Origin: Akkermansiaceae bacterium
GTDB lineage: Bacteria; Verrucomicrobiota; Verrucomicrobiia; Verrucomicrobiales; Akkermansiaceae
Reading direction: 5' to 3'
Assembly: GCA_012032235.1 (NCBI GenBank)
Contig: JAAURL010000001.1
Span: forward strand, 1 to 45,113
DNA length: 45,113 nucleotides
Numbering within the stretch: the first letter of the stretch is position 1; every line of letters starts with the position of its first letter. Shown piece by piece: positions 30,296 through 40,686 of this stretch. Below the pieces are notes generated by a model. The model saw nothing but the letters and a program-made list of their open reading frames with translations, searched no databases and was not told where the DNA came from. The translations under genes and the position numbers were made by a program.

Positions 30296-30334
30296 GTGAG
30301 TCGTCGCAGGTTGATGAGGCTTCTTTCTTCATTC

Positions 30335-30383
30335 GGGGGGCGCACGCTTCCAGCGTGCAATTTCCGGCATCCTGCCGGGAATT
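30335..30383. repeat. REP-like double hairpin between convergent gspF and peroxiredoxin genes
   Basis: GCACGCT-TCC-AGCGTGC followed by TTCCGGCA-TCC-TGCCGGGA; may also act as a terminator. Confidence 0.55.
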
Positions 30384-30481
30384 CTTCGAATCTCGGATCA
30401 GATTTGCGCTGCGCGGAGTGGCTTTTCACCACCGTTCCGCAGAGATGGTATTACCCACAAACTCGCCTTGCGGAGAAATGA

Positions 30482-30976
30482 TCAAATTTTCCCGAGCACT
30501 TCCTTGATCGCCTCGAAGTTCGGCATGTCTTTCGGGTGCTCTTGGACTTCTGCGTATTGGATGATCCCGGCCTTATCGATGACAAAGGCGGAGCGCTTGG
30601 AGACGCCGCCCATGATCAGATTGATATCTGGTAGAAATTGTTCGTAAGCCACGCCGTAGGCCTCGGTGACTTTGTGTTCATAGTCGCTCAGCAAGGTGAT
30701 GGTGATGCCTTCTTTTTGCGCCCATGCTTCTTGGGCAAATGGATTGTCGCCGGAGATGCCCAGCACTTTGGCATCGAGCGCGTCATAGGCGGAAATGCCT
30801 TGGGAAATTTCGCAAAACTCTGCAGTGCAGCCGCCCGTGAAGGCCATCGGCACAAAGAGCAGGAGAATATTAGATTTCCCGATGAGATCGCTCAACTTGA
30901 CCAGCTCTGGGCCATTCGCGGTTTTTGAAACGAGGGTGAAATCTGGTGCTTTATCGCCGACTTTGATGGAGATCAT
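30482..30976 (-). CDS. Peroxiredoxin (AhpC/TSA redoxin family)
   Basis: VGDKAPDF, PxxxTxxC motif PMAFTGGC, GISGD, LLSD and RSAFVIDKAG. Confidence 0.92.
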   Translation of the reverse strand: MISIKVGDKAPDFTLVSKTANGPELVKLSDLIGKSNILLLFVPMAFTGGCTAEFCEISQGISAYDALDAKVLGISGDNPFAQEAWAQKEGITITLLSDYEHKVTEAYGVAYEQFLPDINLIMGGVSKRSAFVIDKAGIIQYAEVQEHPKDMPNFEAIKEVLGKI

Positions 30977-31029
30977 ATTTAGTTGGTAGTTTGAAGTGAG
31001 GCCCGCACTATAAAACCTAGATTCTTGAT

Positions 31030-32291
31030 ATGTCATACGAATTTTCACGATTTGGCCAACAACTGGGTTGTGGCAGCGGAATTGGCGAGCTAATGGACGA
31101 TTTAGGCCATGCGCTGGCTCATGGCGGGCCGGATTTAAAAATGCTAGGCGGAGGACAACCGGCTAGCATCCCGGAGGTAAATGCCGTCTGGCGGCGGAGA
31201 ATCGAAGAACTCATGGCCGAGCCGGGAGGTCTTTCCCGTTCCCTAACAATTTATGACCCGCCAGGAGGAAATCCGGCATTTCTCGCTGCTGTCGCGCAAT
31301 TATTTCGTGGGACTTTTGGTTGGGATCTCGGCCCGGAAAATGTGGGCGTCACCAGTGGCGGGCAGACTGCGTTTTACTTTCTCTTTAATCTACTGGCGGG
31401 AGAAATGCCAGACGGGAGCCACCGGAAAATTTTGCTCCCACTGGTGCCGGAATACATCGGCTACGCGAACCAAGGAATTCGCAATGACATGTTCCGCGCC
31501 GTGCCGCCGATCATCGAGAAACCGGGAAACATGAGTTCAAATACCGCGTCGATTTTGAAAACCTATCCATTGCACCAGACATCGCCGCGATCTGCGTTTC
31601 CCGCCCGACAAATCCGACGGGAAATGTCCTGACTGACGAGGAAATCTCCCGCCTATCCGCCATCGCGAAGGAGCACGGCATCCCACTGATCATCGATAAT
31701 GCCTACGGCGCGCCATTTCCCGGAATTCTCTTCACCGAGGCCACGCCGTTTTGGGAGGAGCATGTCATTCTCACGCTCAGCTTATCGAAACTCGGTCTCC
31801 CTGGCACCCGCACCGGCATAGTCATCGGCCCTCCAGAAATCATTCTTGCTCTGAGCTCGATGAGCGCGATCGCCGGATTATCCAATCCCAGCATCGGCCA
31901 ACAAATCACTTTGCCACTGATCCAATCGGGAGAAATTCTGCGCCTCAGTCGGGAAATCATTCGGCCATTTTATCAGAAAAAATGCGAACTCACCCGGAAA
32001 GCGGCGTTCGAGATTTTCGGCGATAAAATGAAGTGGTTCATGCACCGCAGCGAAGGAGCGCTCTTTCTGTGGTTTTGGTTTCCCGGCCTCAAAATTTCCT
32101 CCCAAGAACTTTACGAACGCCTGAAAAAACGGGGCGTCCTCGTGATTCCCGGGCACCACTTTTTCTTCGGCCACGATGATCCCGATTGGCGACACCGCCA
32201 CCAATGCATCCGCGTTTCCTATGCGATGGATGAAACAATCGTCCGCGACGGGCTAAAGATCATCGCAGAGGAAGCGCGTAGAGATGGATGA
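31030..32291 (+). CDS. avtA: Valine--pyruvate aminotransferase, frameshift near 31519
   Basis: SGIGELMDDLG, MLGGGQPA, PEYIGY, SRPTNPTGNV, IIDNAYGAPFP, SLSKLGLPGTRTG, EGALFLW and CIRVSY. Confidence 0.9.
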
Positions 32292-32350
32292 TGCCGTTAG
32301 GAGCCGTGACTGCTCTTGCAGTTTCCTGCGCCTCCGCCTAAACATCTCGC

Positions 32351-33238
32351 GTGGAGCCGATTCGCTATTTCAACCGACACACGGGAGCCTTGGAGACTGA
32401 GCAAGTCTACGGCGAAGGATTTCTGCGTTGGTCTTATGGAAATCCATTAGGCGCGATCTCGCTGAACGCTTTTGTGAAGCGCCCGTTTTTTCATCATGGT
32501 ATGGGCGGCGGATGAGCACGCCACAATCTGCTGAAAGAGTCGCCCCGTTCATTCAAAGTATGGATTGGATCCTGCGGATTTTTCCGAAAAGCCAGAGTCA
32601 TACCGCAGCTTCAACGAGTTTTTCTATCGAAAACTAAAGCCAGCGGCACGGCCCATCGATGCTTCTGAATCGGGAGCGGTGTTCCCGGCGGATGGGCGGC
32701 ATCTGGGGTTTCAAAAGGCATCGGCGATTCAGGGGCTTTTTGTGAAAGGGCAAAAATTCGATCTCCCAGCTTTGTTAGGCGATCAGAAATTAGCCGCTCG
32801 TTATGCCGACGGCGCGCTCGTTTTATCGCGGCTTTGTCCCGTGGATTATCATCGATTTCACTTCCCTGCGGCGGGGATTCCGGGGGAAACACGGTGGATT
32901 GACGGGCCGTTGTTCTCCGTCAATCCGATCGCGCTGCGCCAGCGTCTTGGGTATCTTTGGACCAATAAGCGAACGATCACCGAATTGAGAACAGAGCATT
33001 TCGGCACCATTCTTTTGTTGGAAATCGGAGCCACTTGCGTCGGGACGATTCGCCAGACATTTACGCCGGGAGAACCCGTGAATAAGGGAGATGAAAAAGG
33101 TTATTTCGCTTTTGGCGGATCATCTACAATCACCATTTTTGAACCGAGGAAAATTCAGTTAGAGCAAGACTTGCTCCAAACTCCGCGAATCAAATCGAGC
33201 TTTACGCCCGCATCGGCACCCCAATGGGGAGATCCTGA
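32351..33238 (+). CDS. psd: Phosphatidylserine decarboxylase proenzyme, frameshifts near 32490, 32555 and 33178
   Basis: GTG start (VEPIRYFNR), SFNEFFYRKLK, RLCPVDYHRFHFP, EIGATCVG and the autocleavage motif FGGSST. Confidence 0.88.
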
Positions 33239-33270
33239 AAGCAGCGCCGATCTCACTTCCAATTTTCTAT

Positions 33271-36026
33271 ATGCAGAATCATCTTCGAAACCTCGAACAG
33301 CACGCCCGGGAATTTCTCAAACCCGCGTTGGAAGGCCATCTCTCGCAAGCCGAGAAAATCGAGCTGTATATGAAGTATTTAAAAATCGAAGAGCACCGCA
33401 TTTTACTGTACCATCGCTCTGGAGCGGGTGGGATAGAAGTTGCTAGAGCGCGTGGAACCTTGATCGATACGATGATCCGCTCGATCCACGAAGCCTGTGT
33501 CAATGCGAATGAGGGCAATCCATTACCGATCGCACTAGTCGCCACTGGCGGCTATGGCCGCGGCACGCTGAATCCGCGTTCTGATATCGATTTGCTTTTT
33601 TTGCTGCCACGAGCCTCTAACAAGCTTCCGCCTGCACTTCAGGAGTTTGTTCAAAATTTGCTCTATCTGTTATGGGACTGCGGCTTCAAAGTCGGTCACG
33701 CCAGTCGATCAATCACGGAATGCATCGAGCAAGCCAAGGCCGATCAGCAAAACAAAACCGCGTTGATAGATGCCCGCTTTATCACGGGCGATGAGAATTT
33801 ATTTAAGCAATTTCAGGACCGCTTCACGAAGGAATGCATCAATCGCGGCCAGGACCAATTTTTCGAACTCCGCCGCCAAGACATCCGCACGCGTCACCAA
33901 AAATATTCGCACACCGTTTTCCTACAGGAGCCAAATGTCAAAGAAAGCTGTGGGGGAATGCGCGACTATCAGAATATCCAATGGGTCGCTCTGGTGAAGC
34001 GCGGCAGCCGTGATTTGAAAGATCTAGTCGATGCAAAAATCCTAACAGCCACGGCTTACCGCGAGCTAGAGGAAGGCTACGATTTCATTCACCGCGTTCG
34101 AAATGAGCTGCACTATCACGCGGGAAAAGCCACGGATCAGCTCACCCTATTATTGCAAGGAGTTGTCGCCACCGCCTTTGCTTATCCGCAAAAAAGCATT
34201 CTCCGTAGCACAGAGGCATTCATGAGGGACTACTATCAACACACGCGGAATATCTATCAGCACACTGGATCGTTGATGGAGACTTTCGAGATCGAGCAAG
34301 AGGATCAGTCTGAATCCACACTTCGCTCTTTCCTCACGTTTCGGAAAAAAAGTCGGGAGGAATTTGATGGCTTCATCGCCCGAGAAGGACGGATCTATCC
34401 AGCGAACGCAGACATTTTCAGCGATGATAGTAATCGCTTGATGCGGCTCTTCCAGCATTGCCAACTGCGGAATCTGCGCCTGAGCCCACCGATGCGGAAA
34501 TTGGTCAAAGCGCATTGGAAAGACATTGATCGCCCGTTCCGCTACTCGAAAGCCAATCGTGAAACATTCCAAGCGATTTTGGAGCGAAAGGGCGATGCCG
34601 CACGGACGCTGCGGCAGATGCACCGCGTCGGTTTTCTAGGCCATTATTTGCCAGAGTTCGGCGCGTTAGATTGCCTAGTGCAGCATGAATTTTTTCACCG
34701 CTACACGGCAGATGAGCACACGCTGCGCTGCGTGGAACAACTAGATGAGCTAGTCTCTGAAACAAATCCACGTCGCCAAATTTATCGACGGCTCTTCCAC
34801 AACATTGAGGATTCTTACGCGCTCTACCTAGCGATGATTCTTCACGATACGGGCCGTGCAGAAAATGTCCGCGAACACATTGATGGTTCGGCAATGTTGG
34901 CATCACGGCTTTGCAATCGCCTTCAAATCGACGGTGCGCGTCGCACCTTGATTATGTTTCTAGTCGATAATCATCTCACCTTTTGGCGGACTGCTACCGC
35001 GCGAATTTAGACGATCCCGAGGTCATCGCAGAGTTCGCGAACATCGTGAAAACGAGTTCGAATTTAGATGCGCTGTTTCTTTTTACCTACGCTGATTCGA
35101 ATGCGACATCTCCCGATGGCTGGACTAGCTGGAAGGAAAGTCTGATGCTACAGCTACACAGCGCCACTCGCGATTTCCTAAAAAGCGGGAAGGAAGAATA
35201 TTCGCGCAAGCTCAACGAAGACCGCCTAGCCCTGTGCGAGGAAGTCATCGGCATCATGCGTCCCGATTATCATCCCGATGTCCACCGCCATTTCGAGCTG
35301 ATGCCGCCCGCTGCGTTTCATTTCCGCCAGGCTGCACACGTCGTCACTCAAGTCCGGACCGTCCGCCATTTCCTGCAGCGGGAAAGCCAAACTTCCGACC
35401 CGCACGCCTCTTGTATCAAGTGGATCGATCATGCGGAAAAAGGCTATACCGAATTGGTGCTTGCTACGCACGACAAACCCCAGCTGTTAGAAAAAATTTG
35501 CTGCGCCCTCGCTTCGGAACAAATCAACATTCTATCCGCAGATTTTTTCACCAGAGAAGATCGCATCGTCGTGAACATTTTCCGCGTTTGCACGACGAAC
35601 TTCGAACCCGTTTCTACTGCGTCGGTGAGGAAAAGAGTTTTGGAGACCTTTGAAGCCATGCTCTTTACCGAAAGCTACGACCCGGAAAAATATCTGCGAC
35701 GTAAGGTTAATTTCCTCAAACCGCGCTCCGATAACGGCATTACTGTTCCTGTCCAAGCCCACGTCAGCAACGACATGCACCCCACATGCTCTACGGTGGA
35801 AATCCAAGGACTCGACCGGATCGGCCTACTGCACGATCTTTTCAGCACCATTAATCGCCACAATCTGAACACGGCCCACGCCCGAATCTGCACAGAAAAA
35901 GGCGTCGCCATGGACACGCTCTATATCACCACTGCCGATGGGAAAAAAATCGAAGACTCGGAATTATTGGGCAAGCTAGAAGAGGAATTTACCTCTCTGA
36001 TTTCCCGCCCAGATAAGCCAGAATGA
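33271..36026 (+). CDS. glnD: [Protein-PII] uridylyltransferase / uridylyl-removing enzyme, frameshift near 34998
   Basis: GGYGRG...SDIDL (NTase), EPNVKESCGGMRD, HRYTADEH...HD domain and two ACT domains (DKPQLL, DRIGLL). Confidence 0.93.
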
Positions 36027-36074
36027 GCAAATTGAGTCATGGACGTTCGTGGATTTGCCGCTTACATCTCGCCC

Positions 36075-37385
36075 ATGACGATTCGCACTCGCTTTGCTCC
36101 TTCGCCAACTGGATATCTACACGTCGGTGGTGCCCGCACGGCTCTATTTAACTATTTATTCGCCCGAAAGCATGGTGGCACTTTCGTGCTGCGAGTGGAA
36201 GATACCGATGAAGCACGCAATACCGACGAAGCGCGGCAAGCGATTTTCGATGGGCTCAACTGGCTAGGGCTGAGCTGGGACGAGGGTCCGCAAAATGGTG
36301 GAGATTTCGGCCCCTATTACCAGAGCGAGAGAAAGGCGATTTACGATACGTGGTTTGAAAAACTGCGTGTAGCGGATCGCGTTTACGAAGATGGCGGGGC
36401 GTGGCGTTTCCGCTTCGAGCGTAAGCCGATCACGATGCATGATCTGGTCTGCGGTGACGTGACGATCGATTACCGTGACGAGTCAAACACCCCGGACATG
36501 GTCGTGAAAAGATCGGACGGCTCGTATGTGTTTCACTTTGTGAATGTGGTGGATGATTTAGAAATGCAAATCACGCATGTCATTCGCGGCGAAGACCATC
36601 TGATGAATACGCCCAAGCATTTACAACTGATCGAAGCCTTCGGCGGCGAAGCTCCGCAGTATGCTCACATCCCACTCATTTTAAATGCGGATGGCTCGAA
36701 AATGTCGAAGCGCGACGCGGGTGCAGCAGTGGGCGACTATCCACGGCAAGGTTTCCTCGCATCTGCAGTGGTGAATTTCATCGCGCTGTTAGGCTGGAAT
36801 CCGAAAACAGAGGAGGAGATCTTTTCTCTCGAAGAACTGGTGAATCGGTTTTCGTTAGAAAATGTGAATCGTGCGCCAGGACGGTTTGATTTGGAAAAAT
36901 GCAAGTGGGTGAATCAGCAGCATTTGTTAGGCCTATCGGTTGAAGATTTCGCGTCGGCGGCAAAGCCATTCATCGAAGCCGCTGATTTACCTATCCCGGA
37001 AAATTACCATGCTATCATCGCGGCGGTGAAGGAGAAGGTTCGCTTGTTTAGCGATGTGCCAGCAGCCGTTGACTTTTTATTAAAAGACGATTTTGCGTGC
37101 GATGAAGAGGTAATCACTAAAGTGCGCGGCAACGTGGCATCTAAAAATTTGTTAGGAAATCTAGCGAGTGCCTTTGCGGAAGTGCCCGATTGGTCGGCAG
37201 ATTCAGCAAAGGCAGCGTTGAATGAAACAGCACAATCCGCTGGGGCAAAACCAGGTCAGCTGATGTTTCCGCTCCGCGCAGCCCTTTCAGGTCGTGGCCA
37301 TGGCCCGGATCTGGGCGACCTCTTAAATTTGTTAGGAAAGGAGCGCTGCGTAGAGCGCGTGCGCAATTTTTCCCAGATTCTCTAA
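36075..37385 (+). CDS. gltX: Glutamate--tRNA ligase
   Basis: RFAPSPTGYLHVGG (HIGH), IRGEDH, KMSKR and a C-terminal anticodon-binding domain. Confidence 0.95.
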   Translation: MTIRTRFAPSPTGYLHVGGARTALFNYLFARKHGGTFVLRVEDTDEARNTDEARQAIFDGLNWLGLSWDEGPQNGGDFGPYYQSERKAIYDTWFEKLRVADRVYEDGGAWRFRFERKPITMHDLVCGDVTIDYRDESNTPDMVVKRSDGSYVFHFVNVVDDLEMQITHVIRGEDHLMNTPKHLQLIEAFGGEAPQYAHIPLILNADGSKMSKRDAGAAVGDYPRQGFLASAVVNFIALLGWNPKTEEEIFSLEELVNRFSLENVNRAPGRFDLEKCKWVNQQHLLGLSVEDFASAAKPFIEAADLPIPENYHAIIAAVKEKVRLFSDVPAAVDFLLKDDFACDEEVITKVRGNVASKNLLGNLASAFAEVPDWSADSAKAALNETAQSAGAKPGQLMFPLRAALSGRGHGPDLGDLLNLLGKERCVERVRNFSQIL

Positions 37386-37399
37386 CTTTTTTCCGAACG

Positions 37400-38311
37400 A
37401 TGAAACAAGTTTACACATTGGAGGATTTGCTTTCTCGTGAGCTGCTAGACGCAGATTGTAACAAACTGGCGCGGCTTGCCGTGATCGGGCACCCGGTAGC
37501 CCACTCCGCCTCACCGCAAATGCACCAAGCCGCTCTGGATGCCGCAGAGATCAGGATGCGTTACATCCGGCTGGATATCGAGCCCGGACAAGTCGCGGAT
37601 GCATTCAGAAAAATGCGAGCTCTAGGCTTCATCGGCTGTAATGTGACGGTTCCACATAAATTAGAAGCAATGGCCGCATGTGATGAGGTGCATCCAGAGG
37701 CGAAATTATTAGGCGCTGTCAACACGATCCGTTTCGATGAAAATGCAATTTGTGGTTTCAATACCGATGGTCCCGGATTTTCTCATGCCATTGCTGATGA
37801 TTTTAAAAAACAATTAGGTTCGTTGAAAATTGGAATCGTCGGCGCAGGTGGTGGTGCAGGTGGTGCGATTGCGATGCAAAGCGCGATTGATGGCGCAAAT
37901 CAATTGCTATTGGTCAATCGCAGTTTGGAAAAGCTTGCACCGTTAGTTCAAAGACTCATGGCAGTGAATCAGGATTTAAAAATCACGACGCTTGCTTTTG
38001 ACGATCCTGCTCTGGCGGAATATTGCCTAGGCTGTGATTTAATCGTGAATACTTCTTCCGTAGGATTGAAAGCAGAGGATCCATCGGTCTTGCCACCGGA
38101 ATGCTTAAAAAGCACGCATCTCATTTACGATACGATCTATCAACCTGCAGTCACTCCGCTGTTAGATATTGCAGATCATCGTGGATGCCACACTGCAAAT
38201 GGTCTTTCGATGTTAATCCACCAAGGTGCGCTGGCGTTTCAACATTGGTTTCCAGAATCCGCGCCACTTCCAATCATGCAGGCGGCGATGAGTCATTTCG
38301 CTAGATCCTAA
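37400..38311 (+). CDS. aroE: Shikimate dehydrogenase
   Basis: GHPVAHSASP, NVTVPHK, GAVNT, NTDG, GAGG, DTIY and GLSMLIHQG. Confidence 0.93.
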   Translation: MKQVYTLEDLLSRELLDADCNKLARLAVIGHPVAHSASPQMHQAALDAAEIRMRYIRLDIEPGQVADAFRKMRALGFIGCNVTVPHKLEAMAACDEVHPEAKLLGAVNTIRFDENAICGFNTDGPGFSHAIADDFKKQLGSLKIGIVGAGGGAGGAIAMQSAIDGANQLLLVNRSLEKLAPLVQRLMAVNQDLKITTLAFDDPALAEYCLGCDLIVNTSSVGLKAEDPSVLPPECLKSTHLIYDTIYQPAVTPLLDIADHRGCHTANGLSMLIHQGALAFQHWFPESAPLPIMQAAMSHFARS

Positions 38312-39423
38312 TCGGGAATTTTAATCCCAGATTCGGCAGTGGAATACCAGTGGCAGGCGATGACATTCATCAGCTCAAAACGACGGGTATTGTTTTCAAC
38401 AATACGTCGAATTTTGACTCTTACGCGAATGTATCCCTGTGGGTCGCCGGATTTGAGATCAGAATCAAAGGGTCGTTTGCCGCTTTGCTCTAGAGCAAAG
38501 GCTGCATCTAATAATTTGCCGCTCCTTGTATCTTTGGAAACTTGGAAATCAGGCGATGCGGTTCCGATTTCTTGAGCATTCCCAAAAGCGACTTCATAGA
38601 AAACGATGTTCACTAATGAGAGGTTTCTCTCCGCATCGACAAAGCGTTTGCGTGCAAAAAGTCTGAATTCTCCTTCCTCTGGTCCATCTCCTGCTAAAAA
38701 TAGTGGCCATGAATAATCGCTATACCGTGCAAAATGCTCCCAATCCAAACGCCATTCATCGCCTTCTTCAATAAATACGGTATCGAAGATTTCCCCTTCG
38801 CTTGATTCCAATAGGTACTCGACAGATTGGCCAACCGGAAGTTTAGGGACGCCGTATCCTTTGATCTCGAACGTCGTTGGGTCCATTTTGATCTGCGGAT
38901 TTAGGGTGTTAAATCGCGCCATTTTCAGACTCGTTTGTTCAGGGCTGATGGTAAGTTGCGCTCTCTCAGTGATGCTTTCGGCTGTTAGGAACTTCGTGAG
39001 TGTTTCGCGGCATTTCGGCAATGCTTTTGCCACTAGCTCCTTATTCTCCAGCGAAGGTGCCGCAGAAATGGTCGGTTTTACTTTTTCCTCTTTTTGAGAT
39101 TTTGACGAAATCATATACGCGATGATTCCGAGCAAAGTCATTGATAATAACCACCCAATAATAAGCTTGTAGATCGGGTGTATTCCTTGGGTTTTGCGGA
39201 TCTTTTGACTTTCCCTTTTTTGCGGAAGGTCACTTTTTATTTTTGAAGCAGGGGCAGATATCGCCGAAAAAACAATCGATTTACCTTTTTTTTCAATCGA
39301 GCTAGCAGAAGGGTTCTGCCCACATTTTGGGCAGAGATGCTGATGGCCGGCTTCATCATGTTCGGCCTGAAAGAACGAGCCACAGTGCCCGCAATGGAAC
39401 CAAGAGATTTGCTGTTCGTTCAC
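38308..39423 (-). CDS. Hypothetical bitopic membrane protein with N-terminal zinc ribbon
   Basis: CGHC...CPKC, one TM helix and C-terminal WRLDWEHFARYS. Confidence 0.8.
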   Translation of the reverse strand: MNEQQISWFHCGHCGSFFQAEHDEAGHQHLCPKCGQNPSASSIEKKGKSIVFSAISAPASKIKSDLPQKRESQKIRKTQGIHPIYKLIIGWLLSMTLLGIIAYMISSKSQKEEKVKPTISAAPSLENKELVAKALPKCRETLTKFLTAESITERAQLTISPEQTSLKMARFNTLNPQIKMDPTTFEIKGYGVPKLPVGQSVEYLLESSEGEIFDTVFIEEGDEWRLDWEHFARYSDYSWPLFLAGDGPEEGEFRLFARKRFVDAERNLSLVNIVFYEVAFGNAQEIGTASPDFQVSKDTRSGKLLDAAFALEQSGKRPFDSDLKSGDPQGYIRVRVKIRRIVENNTRRFELMNVIACHWYSTAESGIKIPD

Positions 39424-39426
39424 GAT

Positions 39427-40632
39427 TTATCGAAGTTTGATCCAGTCACGATGGAGTAGTTGTTTAATCTGCCACTGATTGGGTAAGGCTTCCGACGGCC
39501 CACGCTCCAAGCGGACCGTAACTAAATCGGGTGAGGTTGAACCTAGCATTTCGGAATTTTGAAAGATCAATTTAGACATCAAAGCTTGGTCATCACGGCG
39601 GATATAGCACCAAATGGAGTAATCATTATCTGGAGAAATGAGCCTAAAGCATTGGTAGACAGATTCTGGCCATGCGTAAGTGTAATAGTTAAATATAGTG
39701 AACTTTCCGCGAACCTCGCTAGCGTCTCCATGGCCTGCGACTAATTCTTCAAATGATGCAGAGCTATACTTTGACGATGCCTTCCAATCTAACAGTAATC
39801 GATCCCCTAATTTTGCAAAATACGCGATATATATAGATTGGTCTGGAAGAGTCGCGCGGAGAATGCCATACGCCGCGTCATCTACATGATAAACTTCTAA
39901 ACTTTCGTCAGGTTTTAGTTGGTGTGATTGTAAATCTTTTAATGGTTTCCAATGTCTACCAATGATTTCTCTCTGTGACTCACCATCCACCACCAAAGGA
40001 ATTACGTCATCGATACTAGACGCATGTAGGTAGCGATCCAGCAATCCCATCGCCTCCTTTTCTTTTCCGATGAAGAAACTCATGGCTCCAAGTTCGTTTT
40101 CTTCATTCTCCGTTTTCGTATCTATCTGGAGTTTAACTTCTTTTAGTTTCGGCGTGGGTCGTTGGATGGAGCGGACGAGTGGCAAAAGAGCAATCATTAA
40201 AACGACTAACGCGATCACGCCGCCACCGTTATATAGCATCCAGCGCAATGATTGTTTTTTAGATTTTCCCCAAGTTTCATCCGCGGCTTGATCACTTTTC
40301 GGATTTTTCACGCGTGTTCCTTTTTCCCGGAAAACAACGACTCGCGGAACTTTTTCGGGCGAAGGAATAGCCTCCTCCAAGCGCATGGTGCTGCCATTGA
40401 TTTCTTGAATCTCCAGTCGCAAAGCCGGATCCTCATCAGATTGCGATTGGCGTTCTACGTTAGATTCAATACGTAAGCCGATTTGCTTGGTATGATCCGC
40501 TACTGACTCATTTGCTAGGGAGCGTCTGAGTGGCAAGACTGTTTCTGATGCCCATTGATCCACAGGCTCATTTAGAGAATCCTGATGGGTATCAGATTCT
40601 GGTGGTTTAGAGCCTGGGCTTTTAGATTTCAT
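39427..40632 (-). CDS. Hypothetical bitopic membrane protein, probable distant paralog of the downstream gene
   Basis: Low-complexity N-terminus, one TM helix and LLLDWKASSKYS; 3-nt gap to the next gene. Confidence 0.78.
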   Translation of the reverse strand: MKSKSPGSKPPESDTHQDSLNEPVDQWASETVLPLRRSLANESVADHTKQIGLRIESNVERQSQSDEDPALRLEIQEINGSTMRLEEAIPSPEKVPRVVVFREKGTRVKNPKSDQAADETWGKSKKQSLRWMLYNGGGVIALVVLMIALLPLVRSIQRPTPKLKEVKLQIDTKTENEENELGAMSFFIGKEKEAMGLLDRYLHASSIDDVIPLVVDGESQREIIGRHWKPLKDLQSHQLKPDESLEVYHVDDAAYGILRATLPDQSIYIAYFAKLGDRLLLDWKASSKYSSASFEELVAGHGDASEVRGKFTIFNYYTYAWPESVYQCFRLISPDNDYSIWCYIRRDDQALMSKLIFQNSEMLGSTSPDLVTVRLERGPSEALPNQWQIKQLLHRDWIKLR

Positions 40633-40686
40633 GGGAAAAATAAGTCGCTGCCGAAACTGGAAGCTTAGCAAGCCAGTTGCAAGCAG

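Noticed and set aside
30296-30481. 61-aa ORF after gspF as a pseudopilin gspG
   Set aside because: No prepilin G/FTLIE motif; it overlaps the REP-like hairpins.
1312-36026. Programmed ribosomal frameshifting or phase variation in the split genes
   Set aside because: The breaks are numerous, sit in short ordinary homopolymers and hit unrelated core genes; assembly error is simpler.
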